Below are positions 1 through 14,276 of a stretch of 64,000 nt of DNA, one piece after another. The DNA is from Antedon mediterranea (lineage: Eukaryota; Animalia; Echinodermata). The notes under the pieces were generated by a model that saw nothing but the letters and a program-made list of their open reading frames with translations, made no database searches and was not told the origin of the DNA. The position numbers and the translations under genes were made by a program. The stretch is from contig NC_092670.1 of NCBI RefSeq assembly GCF_964355755.1, forward strand, positions 3,152,201-3,216,200, read 5' to 3'. Each line of letters starts with the position of its first letter. Position 1 is the first letter of the stretch.

Positions 1-2643
1 TGGCAACATTTTTACATAATTTCGTATCTACAATCCAATAGCTTCCAGAAAAAGTTTTAATCGTGATTATCACATTTTATTCTTACGAGCTATAACAGAT
101 TAAAATTTACTGTATGATGATGAAATTGATGCCACACGTGATTTAAATTTTTAGGCATGATGACGTCAAAAAAATTTAAATATTTTTTACTCATGCGAAA
201 GATAGTTGATTGACTCAGACAATATCAAAATCCGGGTGAAAATGAAAAACGGATAAGTGGAGATGCGCTCTATTCAATGTGATGAGCTATGACGAAAGAT
301 ACAAAAATCCTAAATTTTATATTCACGTGGCCATACGATGACGTCACAATGTCCGCTTAGCCATATTAATACCTGATACGATATCTACAACTCATCTACT
401 TCCAGAATATGCCATCCATAAAAAGTTGACCGTCTAGTTTAGAAATTACGACTGTTTAAAAAAAGGCATATTTTAAACGAATTTTTTAACCTTTTCATAA
501 CAAACGCGCGCAAATTGTCCAATTCGACGTGCTCGTATGACGTATCTTTAAGTCGAAATTGTTTAACATTTTGTAAAATTACTAGAAAAGGCTGGAAAAA
601 CATAAATCACGCGAAAAAAATACGTTTTCAATGCTACGTGCGCACCGCACACGTAAAAATGTGCGCACGCGTGGGAATTTTTGACATGCTTAAAACGATA
701 TGAAACGCGTAGAAAGTTGATTAGAAATTAATTTTGCGCATTTTGAAATTTTAAATGCGCGTGCGCGCGTAACATTGTGTAAAACACGGAATTTTTTTTC
801 AACAGAAAGTTAGCGCATGATATAAATTAAACTTTTGCAAAGTTTCAAGTTGAAATGTTATTTGGTTGTCGAGCTATGTTAAATACGACAAAATCGTTAA
901 ATCGCGCGTAAGTCACGTTGCGCAATTGTAAACGTCATGAAAAGCTTCGCTTGACGACGTTACGTAAATGTCAATATGTTAAGATAGTTACCGAAATGTT
1001 ATGTTTGCGAGTTTTAGAGAAAAGCGTTACACAAAAATCATACAGAATGATTTCGTACAATCACAAGAGGTTATCCTGCAACTTCGTTGCGGATAACCAA
1101 TTAAGAAAAAGATGACTAGACATGTAACTCGTCACTTTGACGAGTTTGGTTATCCGCCGCGCAAGTGGTGCAACATTAACATTAAGGGGATAGGTTGAGG
1201 ACAAAAGGAAGTGTTCACGTTGGCATTATGACCTGAACTGAAGAATATGATATGTTGTTATTGCTGAATTTTATCTATATATAAATTCATATAATTATAG
1301 TATACACAGGATAATCTGTATCCATATCACATACAGTGTAGAATATGTGAACTTACGGGACCCGCTATTTATTGCAATTTTTAACATGTTGACGGTTTTA
1401 AAAGGAAACGCGAAGGTAGCAATTCCGAAAGGAAATTATCTCAGCAACAACGTATTAGCGTGTAGAAGAAATTTGAATACGTGAAATATTGATGCGCGCT
1501 CGTTTAAATGTAATGAATTATGACGCAAAAGATGAAAATACGACCTTTTTTATATAACTGACCATATGATGACGTCACAACATCCGATTGGCAACATTTT
1601 TACATAATTTCGTATCTAAAATTCAATAGCTTCCAGAAAAAGTTTTAATCGTGATTATCACATTTTATTCTTACGAGCTATAACAGATTAAAATTTACTG
1701 TAAAGATGAAATTAATGCCACACGTGATTTAAATTTTTAGGCATAATGACGTCAAAAAAATTAAAATATTTTTAACTCATGCGAAAGATAGTTGATTGAC
1801 CTAGACAATATCAAAATCGGGGTGAAAATGGAAAACGAATAAGTGGAGATGCGCTCTATTCAATGTGATGAGCTATGACGAAAGATACAAAAATCCTAAA
1901 TTTTATATTTGCGTGGCCATACGATGACGTCACAATGTCCGGTTAGCCATATCAATACCTGATCCGATATCTACCACTCATCTACTTCCAGAATATGTCA
2001 TCCACAAAAAATTGACCGTCTAGTTTAGAAATTACGACTGTTTAAAAAAAGGCATATTTTAAACGAATTTTTTAACCTTTTCATAAAAAACGCGCGCAAA
2101 TTGTCCAATTCGACGTACTCGTATGACGTATCTTTAAGTCGAAATTGTTTAAAATTTGGTAAAATTACTAGAAAAGGCTGGAAAAACATAAATCACGCGA
2201 AAAAAATACGTTTTCAATGCTACGTGCGTACCGCACACGTAAAAATGTGCGCACGCGTGGGAATTTTTGACATGCTTAAAACGACCAGAAACGCGTAGAA
2301 AGTTGATTATAAATTAATTTTGCGCATTTTGAAATTTTAAATGCGCGTGCGCGCGTAACTTTGTGTAAAACACGCAATTTTTTTTCAACATAAAGTTAGC
2401 GCATGATATAAATTAAACTTTTGCGAAGTTTCAAGTTGAAATGTTATTTGATTTTCAACATATGTTAAATACGAGAAAATCGTTAAATCGCGCGTACGTC
2501 ACGTTGCGCAATTGCAAACATCATGAAAAGCTTCGCTTGACGACGTTACGTAAATGTCAATATGTTAAGATAGTTACCGAAATGTTATGTTTGCGAGTTT
2601 TAGAGAAAAGCGTTACACAAAAATCATACAGAAAGAAAGAAGA

Positions 2644-4250
2644 ACTAGACATGTAACTCGTCACTTTGACGAGTTTGGTTATCCGCCGCGCAAGTGGTGC
2701 AACATTAACATTAAGGGGATAGGTTGAGGACAAAAGGAAGTGTTCACGTTGGCATTATGACCTGAACTTAAGAATATGATATGTTGTTATTACTGAATTT
2801 TATTATTTAAATTCATATATAGTAGACACAGTATAATCTGTATCCATATCACATACAGTGTAGAATAGGTGAAATTACGGGACCCGCTATTTATTGCAAT
2901 TTTTAACATTTTGACGGTTTTAAAATGAAACGCGAAGGTAGCAATTCCGAAAGGAAATTATCTCAGCAACAACGTATTAGCGGGTAGAAGAAATTTGAAT
3001 ACGTGAAATATTGATGCGCGCTCTTTTAAATGTAATGAATTATGACGGAAAAGATGAAAATACGACCTTTTTTATTTAACTGGCCATATGATGACGTCAC
3101 AACATCCGATTGGCAACATTTTTACATAATTTCGTATCTACAATCCAATAGCTTCCAGAAAAAGTTTTAATCGTGATTATCACATTTTATTCTTACGAGC
3201 TATAACAGATTAAAATTTACTGTAAAGATGAAATTAATGCCACACGTGATTTAAATTTTTAGGCACCATGACGTCAAAAAAATTAAAATATTTTTTACTC
3301 ATGCGAAAGATAGTTGATTGACCTAGACAATATCAAAATCGGGGTGAAAATGGAAAACGGATAAGTGGAGATGCGCTCTATTCAATGTGATGAGCTATGA
3401 CGAAAGATACAAAAATCCTAAATTTTATATTTGCGTGGCCATACGATGACGTCACAATGTCCGGTTAGCCATATTAATACCTGATCCGATATTTACAACT
3501 CATCTACTTCCAGAAAATGCCATCCACAAAAAGTTGACCGTCTAGTTTAGAAATTACGACTGTTTTAAAAAAGGCATATTTTAAACGAATTTTTTAACGT
3601 TTTCATAAAAAACGCGCGCAAATTGTCCAATTCGACGTGCTCGTATGACGTATCTTTAAGTCGAAATTGTTTAAAATTTGGTAAAATTACTAGAAAAGGC
3701 TGGAAAAACATAAATCACGCGAAAAAAATACGTTTTCAATGCTACGTGCGCACCGCACACGTAAAAATGTGCGCACGCGTGGGAATTTTTGACATGCTTA
3801 AAACGACATGAAACGCGTAGAAAGTTGATTATAAATTAATTTTGCGCATTTTGAAATTTTAAATGCGCGTGCGCGCGTAACTTTGTGTAAAACACGCAAT
3901 TTTTTTTCAACAGAAAGTTAGCGCATGATATAAATTAAACTTTTGCAAAGTTTCACTTTAAAATGTTATTTGGTTTTCGACATATGTTAAATACGAGAAA
4001 ATCGTTAAATCGCGCGTACGTCACGTTGCGCGATTGTAAACATCATGAAAAGCTTCGCTTGACGACGTTACATAAATGTCAAAATGTTAACATAGTTAAC
4101 AAAATGTTATGTTTGCAAGTTTTAGAGAAAAGCGTTACACAAAAATCATACAGAAAGAAAGAAGAAGAATAAAAAGTTGATGATGATGATGATGATGATG
4201 ATTTCGTACAATCACAAGAGGTTATCCTGCAACTTCGTTGCGGATAACCA
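2644..4250 (-). mobile_element. Intact HINE copy, subfamily A (reference unit)
   Basis: Runs from ACTAGACATG to GGATAACCA with an uninterrupted spacer GAAGAAGAATAAAAAGTT(GAT)n. Confidence 0.85.
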
Positions 4251-7200
4251 ACTAGACATGTAACTCGTCACTTTGACGAGTTTGGATATCCGCCGCGCAA
4301 GTGGTGCAACATTAACATTAAGGGGATAGGTTGAGGACAAAAGGAAGTGTTCACGTTGGCATTATGACCTGAACTGAAGAATATGATATGTTGTTATTGC
4401 TGAATTTTATTATTTAAATTCATATATAGTATACACAGTATAATCTGTATCCATATCACATACAGTGACATACAGTGTAGAATAGGTGAAATTACGGGAC
4501 CCGCTATTTATTGCAATTTTTAACATGTTGACGGTTTTAAAATGAAACGCGAAGGTAGCAATTCCGAAAGGAAATTATCTCAGCAACAACGTATTAGCGT
4601 GTAGAAGAAATTTGAATACGTGAAATATTGATGCGCGCTCTTTTAAATGTAATGAATTATGACGCAAAAGATGAAAATACGACCTTTTTTATTTAACTGG
4701 CCATATGATGACGTCACAATATCCGATTGGCAACATTTTTACATAATATCGTATCTACAATCCAATAGCTTTCAGAAAAAGTTTTAATCGTGATTATCAC
4801 ATTTTATTCTTACGAGCTATAACAGATTAAAATTTACTGTAAAGATGAAATTGATGCCACACGTGATTTAAATTTTTAGGCATGATGACGTCAAAAAAAT
4901 TAAAATATTTTTATCTCATGCGAAAGATAGTTGATTGACCTAGACAATATCAAAATCGGGGTAAAAATGGAAAACGAATAAGTGGAGATGCGCTCTATTC
5001 AATGTGATGAGCTATGACGAAAGATACAAAAATCCTAAATTTCATATTCGCGTGGCCATACGATGACGTCACAATGTCCGGTTAGCCATATTAATACCTG
5101 ATCCGATATCTACAACTCATCTACTTCCAGAATATGTCATCCACAAAAAGTTGACCGTCTACTTTAGAAATTACGACTGTTTTAAAAAATGCATATTTTA
5201 AACGAATTTGTTAACCTTTTCATAAAAAACTCGCGCAAATTGTCCAATTCGACGTGCTCGTATGACGTATCTTTAAGTCGAAATTGTTTAAAATTTGGTA
5301 AAATTACTAGAAAAGGCTGGAAAAACATAAATCACGCGAAAAAAATACGTTTTCAATGCTACGTGCGCACCGCACACGTAAAAATGTGCGCACGCGTGGG
5401 AATTTTTTACATGCTTAAAACGACATGAAACGCGTAGAAAGTTGATTATAAATTAATTTTGCGCATTTTGAAATTTTAAATGCGCGTGCGCGCGTAACTT
5501 TGTGTAAAACACGCAATTTTTTTTCAACAGAAATTTAGCGCATGATATAAATTAAACTTTTGCAAAGTTTCACTTTAAAATGTTATTTGGTTTTTGACAT
5601 ATGTTAAATACGAGAAAATCGTTAAATCGCGCGTACGTCACGTTGCGCAATTGTAAACATCATGAAAAGCTTCGCTTGACGACGTTACATAAATGTCAAA
5701 ATGTTAACATAGTTAACAAAATGTTATGTTTGCAAGTTTTAGAGAAAAGCGTTACACAAAAATCATACAGAAAGAAAGAAGATTAAGACTAGACATGTAA
5801 CTCGTCACTTTGACGAGTTTGGTTATCCGCCGCGCAAGTGGTGCAACATTAACATTAAGGGGATAGGTTGAGGACAAAAGGAAGTGTTCACGTTGGCATT
5901 ATGACCTGAACTTAAGAATATGATATGTTGTTATTACTGAATTTTATTATTTAAATTCATATATAGTAGACACAGTATAATCTGTATCCATATCACATAC
6001 AGTGTAGAATAGGTGAAATTACGGGACCCGCTATTTATTGCAATTTTTAACATTTTGACGGTTTTAAAATGAAACGCGAAGGTAGCAATTCCGAAAGGAA
6101 ATTATCTCAGCAACAACGTATTAGCGGGTAGAAGAAATTTGAATACGTGAAATATTGATGCGCGCTCTTTTAAATGTAATGAATTATGACGGAAAAGATG
6201 AAAATACGACCTTTTTTATTTAACTGGCCATATGATGACGTCACAACATCCGATTGGCAACATTTTTACATAATTTCGTATCTACAATCCAATAGCTTCC
6301 AGAAAAAGTTTTAATCGTGATTATCACATTTTATTCTTACGAGCTATAACAGATTAAAATTTACTGTAAAGATGAAATTAATGCCACACGTGATTTAAAT
6401 TTTTAGGCACCATGACGTCAAAAAAATTAAAATATTTTTTACTCATGCGAAAGATAGTTGATTGACCTAGACAATATCAAAATCGGGGTGAAAATGGAAA
6501 ACGGATAAGTGGAGATGCGCTCTATTCAATGTGATGAGCTATGACGAAAGATACAAAAATCCGAAATTTTATATTTGCGTGGCCATACGATGACGTCACA
6601 ATGTCCGGTTAGCCATATTAATACCTGATCCGATATTTACAACTCATCTACTTCCAGAAAATGCCATCCACAAAAAGTTGACCGTCTAGTTTAGAAATTA
6701 CGACTGTTTTAAAAAAGGCATATTTTAAACGAATTTTTTAACGTTTTCATAAAAAACGCGCGCAAATTGTCCAATTCGACGTGCTCGTATGACGTATCTT
6801 TAAGTCGAAATTGTTTAAAATTTGGTAAAATTACTAGAAAAGGCTGGAAAAACATAAATCACGCGAAAAAAATACGTTTTCAATGCTACGTGCGCACCGC
6901 ACACGTAAAAATGTGCGCACGCGTGGGAATTTTTGACATGCTTAAAACGACATGAAACGCGTAGAAAGTTGATTATAAATTAATTTTGCGCATTTTGAAA
7001 TTTTAAATGCGCGTGCGCGCGTAACTTTTTGTAAAACACGCAATTTTTTTTCAACAGAAAGTTAGCGCATGATATAAATTAAACTTTTGCAAAGTTTCAC
7101 TTTAAAATGTTATTTGGTTTTCGACATATGTTAAATACGAGAAAATCGTTAAATCGCGCGTACGTCACGTTGCGCGATTGTAAACATCATGAAAAGCTTC

Positions 7201-7312
7201 GCTTGACGACGTTACATAAATGTCAAAATGTTAACATAGTTAACAAAATGTTATGTTTGCAAGTTTTAGAGAAAAGCGTTACACAAAAATCATACAGAAA
7301 GAAAGAAGAAGA

Positions 7313-8893
7313 ACTAGACATGAAACTCGTCACTTTGACGAGTTAGTTATCCGCACGACAAACGCCACGTGCACGTCATACGTTAGAATATTGCACACGC
7401 AAAAAGATTATGGCATTGTGACCTGAACTGAAGAATATGATATGTTTTTATTGCTGAATTCTGTTATTTTGTGTCATATAGTATACACAGTATAATCTGT
7501 ATACATATCACATACAGTGTAGAATAGGTGAAATTACGGGACCCGCTATTTATTCAAATTTTTAACATATTGACGGTTTCAAAATGAAACGCGAATGTAG
7601 CAATTTCGGAAGGAAATTATCTCAGCAACAACATATTAACGTGTAGAAGAAATTTGAACACGTGAAATATTGATGCGCGCTCTTTTAAATGTAATGAACT
7701 ATGACGCAAAAGATGAAAATACGACTTTTTTTATTTAACTGGGCATATGATGACGTCACAACATCCGATTGGCAAAATGTTTACATGATTTCGTATCTAC
7801 AATCCAATAGCTTCCAGAAAACATTTTAATCGTGATTATCCCATTTTGTTCTTACGAGCGATAACAGATTACAATTTACTGTAAAGATGAAATTAATGAC
7901 CCAAGTAATTAACATTTTTAGGCATGATGACGTTACAAATATTAAAATATTTTTAACTCATGCAAAAGGTAGTTGATTGACATAAACAATATTAAAATCT
8001 CGGAGAAAATGGAATACGGATAAGCGTGATGCGCTCCATTGAATGTGATGAGCAATAACGAAAGAGACAAAAATCCTATATTTTATATTCGCGTGGCCAT
8101 ACGATGACGTCAAAATGTCCTGTTAGCCATATTAATGTATGATTTGATATCTACAACTCATCAACTTCCAGAATATGCAAAAAAAATAACTTTCACCGTT
8201 TAGTTTAGAAACTACGACTGTTTAAAAAAAGGCATAATTTTGACGAATTTTTGTAGTTTTTCATAAAAAAAGGGCGCAAATTATCATATTCTACGTGCTC
8301 GTATGACGTAATTTGAAGTCGAAATTGTTTAAAAGTTGGTAAAATTACTAGAAAAGGCTGGAAAAACATAAATCACTCGAAAAAATGACGTTTTTAACGC
8401 TACGTGCGCCCCTCGCGCGTAAAAATTTGCGCACGTGTGGGAATTTTTGACATGCTCAAAATGACAAGAAACGCGTAGAAAGTTGATTAGAAATTGATTT
8501 TTCGCATTTTAAAATTTTAAATTCGCGTGCGCGCGTAACTTCGTGTAAAACATGCCATTTTTAGTGCACAAAAAGTTAGCGCACGATATAAATTAGACTT
8601 TTGCTAAGTTTCAACTTAAATTGTTATATGGTTTTCGATCTATGTTAAATACGCGAAATTCATAAAAACGCGCGTAAGTCATGTTGCGCAACTCTGACGT
8701 CATTCAATTATAGGAAAGCACAACTTCACGTGATTGCCCATATGTTGACAAAGTTATAAAATGTTAACTTTACACGTTTTAGAGATACGCTCTGCACAAA
8801 AATGACAGAAAGAAAGAAGAATAATACAGAAAAAAAAAAAGATGATGAAACAGGACAGTTACAAGGAGTTATCCGCCATAGTGCGGATAACTA
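7313..8893 (-). mobile_element. Diverged HINE, subfamily B, inserted in the spacer of the copy starting at 5788
   Basis: Termini TTAGTTATCCGCAC / GTGCGGATAACTAA. Removing it rejoins GAAGAAGA|ATAAAAAGTTGATG, matching the spacer of the intact copy at 2644-4250. Confidence 0.85.
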
Positions 8894-8981
8894 ATAAAAA
8901 GTTGATGATGATGATGATGATGATGATTTCGTACAATCACAAGAGGTTATCCTGCAACTTCGTTGCGGATAACCAAAAAAG

Positions 8982-10581
8982 ACTAGACATGTAACTCGTC
9001 ACTTTGACGAGTTTGGTTATCCGCCGCGCAAGTGGTGCAACATTAACATTAAGGGGATAGGTTGAGGACAAAAGGAAGTGTTCACGTTGGCATTATGACC
9101 TGAACTGAAGAATATGATATGTTGTTATTGCTGAATTTTATTATTTAAATTCATATATAGTATACACAGTATAATCTGTATCCATATCACATACAGTGTA
9201 GAATAGGTGAAATTACGGACCCGCTATTTATTGCAATTTTTAACATGTTGACGGTTTTAAAATGAAACGCGAAGGTAGCAATTCCAAAAGGAAATTATCT
9301 CAGCAACAACGTATTAGCGTGTAGAAGAAATTTGAATACGTGAAATATTGATGCGCGCTCTTTTAAATGTAATGAATTATGACGCAAAAGATGAAAATAC
9401 GACCTTTTTTATTTAACTGGCCATATGATGACGTCACAACATCCGATTGGCAACATTTTTACATAATTTCGTATCTACAATCCAATAGCTTCCAGAAAAA
9501 GTTTTAATCGTGATTATCACATTTTATTCTTACGAGCTATAACAGATTAAAATTTACTGTAAAGATGAAATTGATGCCACACGTGATATAAATTTTTAGG
9601 CATGATGACGTCAAAAAAATTAAAATATTTTTATCTCATGCGAAAGATAGTTGATTGACCTAGACAATATCAAAATCGGGGTGAAAATGGAAAACGGATA
9701 AGTGGAGATGCGCTCTATTCAATGTGATGAGCTATGACGAAAGATACAAAAATCCTAAATTTTATATTCGCGTGGCCATACGATGACGTCACAATGTCCG
9801 GTTCGCCATATTAATACCTGATCCGATATCTACAACTCATCTACTTCCAGAATATGTCATCCACAAAAATTTGACCGTCTAGTTTAGAAATTCCGACTGT
9901 TTAAAAAAAGGCATATTTTAAACGAATTTTTTAACCTTTTCATAAAAAACGCGCGCAAATTGTCCAATTCGACGTGCTCGTATGACGTATCTTTAAGTCG
10001 AAATTGTTTAAAATTTGGTAAAATTACTAGAAAAGGCTGGAAAAATATAAATCACGCGAAAAAAATACGTTTTCAATGCTACGTGCGCACCGCACACGTA
10101 AAAATGTGCGCACGCGTGGGAATTTTTGACATGCTTAAAACGACATGAAAAGCGTAGAAAGTTGATTATAAATTAATTTTGCGCATTTTGAAATTTTAAA
10201 TGCGCGTGCGCGCGTAACTTTGTGTAAAACACGCAATTTTTTTTCAACAGAAAGTTAGCGCATGATATAAATTTAACTTTTGCAAAGTTTCACTTTAAAA
10301 TGTTATTTGGTTTTCGACATATGTTAAATACGAGAAAATCGTTAAATTGCGCGTACGTCACGTTGCGCAATTGTAAACATCATGAAAAGCTTCGCTTGAC
10401 GACGTTACATAAATGTCAAAATGTTAACATAGTTAACAAAATGTTATGTTTGCAAGTTTTAGAGAAAAGCGTTACACAAAAATCATACAGAAAGAAAGAA
10501 GATTAAGAAAAAGATGATGATGATGATGATGATTTCGTACAATCACAAGAGGTTATCCTGCAACTTCGTTGCGGATAACCA
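8982..10581 (-). mobile_element. Intact HINE copy, subfamily A
   Basis: Both termini present; near-identical to 12192-13792 (shared GGTTCGCC, ATTCCGACTG, GAAAAGCGTAG variants). Confidence 0.85.
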
Positions 10582-12191
10582 ATGATGATGATGATGATGA
10601 TTTCGTACAATCACAAGAGGTTATCCTGCAACTTCGTTGCGGATAACCAAAAATAAAAAGATGACTAGACATGTAACTCGTCACTTTGACGAGTTTGGTT
10701 ATCCGCCGCGCAAGTGGTGCAACATTAACATTAAGGGGATAGGTTGAGGACAAAAGGAAGTGTTCACGTTGGCATTATGACCTGAACTGAAGAATATGAT
10801 ATGTTGTTATTGCTGAATTTTATTATTTAAATTCATATATAGTATACACAGTATAATCTGTATCCATATCACATACAGTGTAGAATAGGTGAAATTACGG
10901 GACCCGCTATTTATTGCAATTTTTTAACATGTTGATGGTTTTAAAATGAAACGCGAAGGTAGCAATTCCGAAAGGAAATTATCTCAGCAAACAACGTATT
11001 AGCGTGTAGAAGAAATTTGAATACGTGAAATATTGATGCGCGCTCTTTTAAATGTAATGAATTCTGACGCAAAAGATGAAAATACGACCTTTTTTATTTA
11101 ACTGGCCATATGATGACGTCACAACATCCGATTGGCAAAATTTTTACATAATTTCGTATCTACAATCCAATAGCTTCCAGACAAAGTTTTAATCGTGATT
11201 ATCACATTTTATTCTTACGAGCTATAACAGATTAAAATTTACTGTAAAGATGAAATTAATGCCACACGTGATTTAAATTTTAAAGCACGATGACGTCAAA
11301 AAAATAAACATATTTTTAACTCATGCGAAAGATACTTGATTGACCTAGACAATATCAAAATCGGGGTGAAAATGGAAAACGGATAAGTGGAGATGCGCTC
11401 TATTCAATGTGATGAGCTATGACGAAAGATACAAAAATCCTAAATTTTATGTTCGCGTGGCCATACGATGACGTCATAATGTCCGGTTACCCATATTAAT
11501 ACCTGATCCGATATCTACAACTCATCTACTTCCAGAATATGTCATCCACAAAAATTTGACCGTCTAGTTTAGAAATTACGACTGTTTAAAAAAAGGCATA
11601 TTTTAAACGAATTTTTTAACCTTTTCATAAAAAACGCGCGCAAATTGTCCAATTCGACGTGCTCGTATGACGTATCTTTAAGTCGAAATTGTTTAAAATT
11701 TGGTAAAATTACTAGAAAAGGCTGAAAAAACATAAATCACGCGAAAAAAATACGTTTTCAATGCTACGTGCGCACCGTACACGTAAAAATGTGCGCACGC
11801 GTGGGAATTTTTGACATGCTCAAAACGACATGAAACGCGTAGAAAGTTGATTAGAAATTAATTTTGCGCATTTTGAAATTTTAAATGCGCGTGCGCGCGT
11901 AACTTTGTGTAAAACACGCAATTTTTTTTCAACAGACAGTTAGCGCATGATCTAAATTAAACTTTTGCAAAGTTTCATTTTAAAATGTTGTTTGGTTTTT
12001 GACATATGTTAAATACGAGAAAATCGTTAAATCGCGCGTACGTCGCGTTGCGCAATTGTAAACATCATGAAAAGCTTCGCTTGACGACGTTACGTGAATG
12101 TCAAAATGTTAACATAGTTAACAAAATGTTATGTTTGCAAGTTTTAGAGAAAAGCGTTACACAAAAATCATACAGAAAGAAAGAAGATGAA

Positions 12192-13792
12192 ACTAGACAT
12201 GTAACTCGTCACTTTGACGAGTTTGGTTATCCGCCGCGCAAGTGGTGCAACATTAACATTAAGGGGATAGGTTGAGGACAAAAGGAAGTGTTCACGTTGG
12301 CATTATGACCTGAACTGAAGAATATGATATGTTGTTATTGCTGAATTTTATTATTTAAATTCATATATAGTATACACAGTATAATCTGTATCCATATCAC
12401 ATACAGTGTAGAATAGGTGAAATTAAGGAACCCGCTATTTATTGCAATTTTTAACATGTTGACGGTTTTAAAATGAAACGCGAAGGTAGCAATTCCAAAA
12501 GGAAATTATCTCAGCAACAACGTATTAGCGTGTAGAAGAAATTTGAATACGTGAAATATTGATGCGCGCTCTTTTAAATGTAATGAATTATGACGCAAAA
12601 GATGAAAATACGACCTTTTTTATTTAACTGGCCATATGATGACGTCACAACATCCGATTGGCAACATTTTTACATAATTTCGTATCTACAATCCAATAGC
12701 TTCCAGAAAAAGTTTTAATCGTGATTATCACATTTTATTCTTACGAGCTATAACAGATTAAAATTTACTGTAAAGATGAAATTGATGCCACACGTGATAT
12801 AAATTTTTAGGCATGATGACGTCAAAAAAATTAAAATATTTTTATCTCATGCGAAAGATAGTTGATTGACCTAGACAATATCAAAATCGGGGTGAAAATG
12901 GAAAACGGATAAGTGGAGATGCGCTCTATTCAATGTGATGAGCTATGACGAAAGATACAAAAATCCTAAATTTTATATTCGCGTGGCCATACGATGACGT
13001 CACAATGTCCGGTTCGCCATATTAATACCTGATCCGAAATCTACAACTCATCTACTTCCAGAATATGTCATCCACAAAAATTTGACCGTCTAGTTTAGAA
13101 ATTCCGACTGTTTAAAAAAAGGCATATTTTAAACGAATTTTTTAACCTTTTCATAAAAAACGCGCGCAAATTGTCCAATTCGACGTGCTCGTATGACGTA
13201 TCTTTAAGTCGAAATTGTTTAAAATTTGGTAAAATTACTAGAAAAGGCTGGAAAAATATAAATCACGCGAAAAAAATACGTTTTCAATGCTACGTGCGCA
13301 CCGCACACGTAAAAATGTGCGCACGCGTGGGAATTTTTGACATGCTTAAAACGACATGAAAAGCGTAGAAAGTTGATTATAAATTAATTTTGCGCATTTT
13401 GAAATTTTAAATGCGCGTGCGCGCGTAACTTTGTGTAAAACACGCAATTTTTTTTCAACAGAAAGTTAGCGCATGATATAAATTTAACTTTTGCAAAGTT
13501 TCACTTTAAAATGTTATTTGGTTTTCGACATATGTTAAATACGAGAAAATCGTTAAATTGCGCGTACGTCACGTTGCGCAATTGTAAACATCATGAAAAG
13601 CTTCGCTTGACGACGTTACATAAATGTCAAAATGTTAACATAGTTAACAAAATGTTATGTTTGCAAGTTTTAGAGAAAAGCGTTACACAAAAATCATACA
13701 GAAAGAAAGAAGATTAAGAAAAAGATGATGATGATGATGATGATTTCGTACAATCACAAGAGGTTATCCTGCAACTTCGTTGCGGATAACCA
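12192..13792 (-). mobile_element. Intact HINE copy, subfamily A, nested in the copy starting at 10664
   Basis: Both termini present; flanks rejoin to GAAGATGAA|AAAAAAGATGATTTCG. Confidence 0.85.
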
Positions 13793-14113
13793 AAAAAAGA
13801 TGATTTCGTACAATCACAAGAGGTTATCCTGCAACTTCGTTGCGGATAACCAATGATTTCGTACAATCACAAGAGGTTATCCTGCAACTTCGTTGCGGAT
13901 AACCAATGATGATTTCGTACAATCACAAGAGGTTATCCTGCAACTTCGTTGCGGATAACCAAAAATAAAAAGTTGATGATGATGATGATTTCGTACAATC
14001 ACAAGAGGTTATCCTGCAACTTCGTTGCGGATAACCAAAAATAAAAAGTTGATGATGATGATGATTTCGTACAATCACAAGAGGTTATCCTGCAACTTCG
14101 TTGCGGATAACCA
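13793..14113 (-). repeat. Stack of five displaced HINE 5'-terminal modules (~50-bp constant part with variable A/GAT linkers)
   Basis: ATTTCGTACAATCACAAGAGGTTATCCTGCAACTTCGTTGCGGATAACCA copies end at 13852, 13905, 13961, 14037 and 14113. Confidence 0.9.
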
Positions 14114-14276
14114 ACTAGACATGTAACTCGTCACTTTGACGAGTTTGGTTATCCGCCGCGCCGCGCAAGTGGTGCAACATTAACATTAAGGGGATAGGTT
14201 GAGGACAAAAGGAAGTGTTCACGTTGGCATTATGACCTGAACTGAAGAATATGATATGTTGTTATTGCTGAATTTT

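Noticed and set aside
13740-14113. CRISPR array
   Set aside because: Eukaryotic context and no cas genes; the linkers are microsatellite pieces and the repeat is the HINE terminus.
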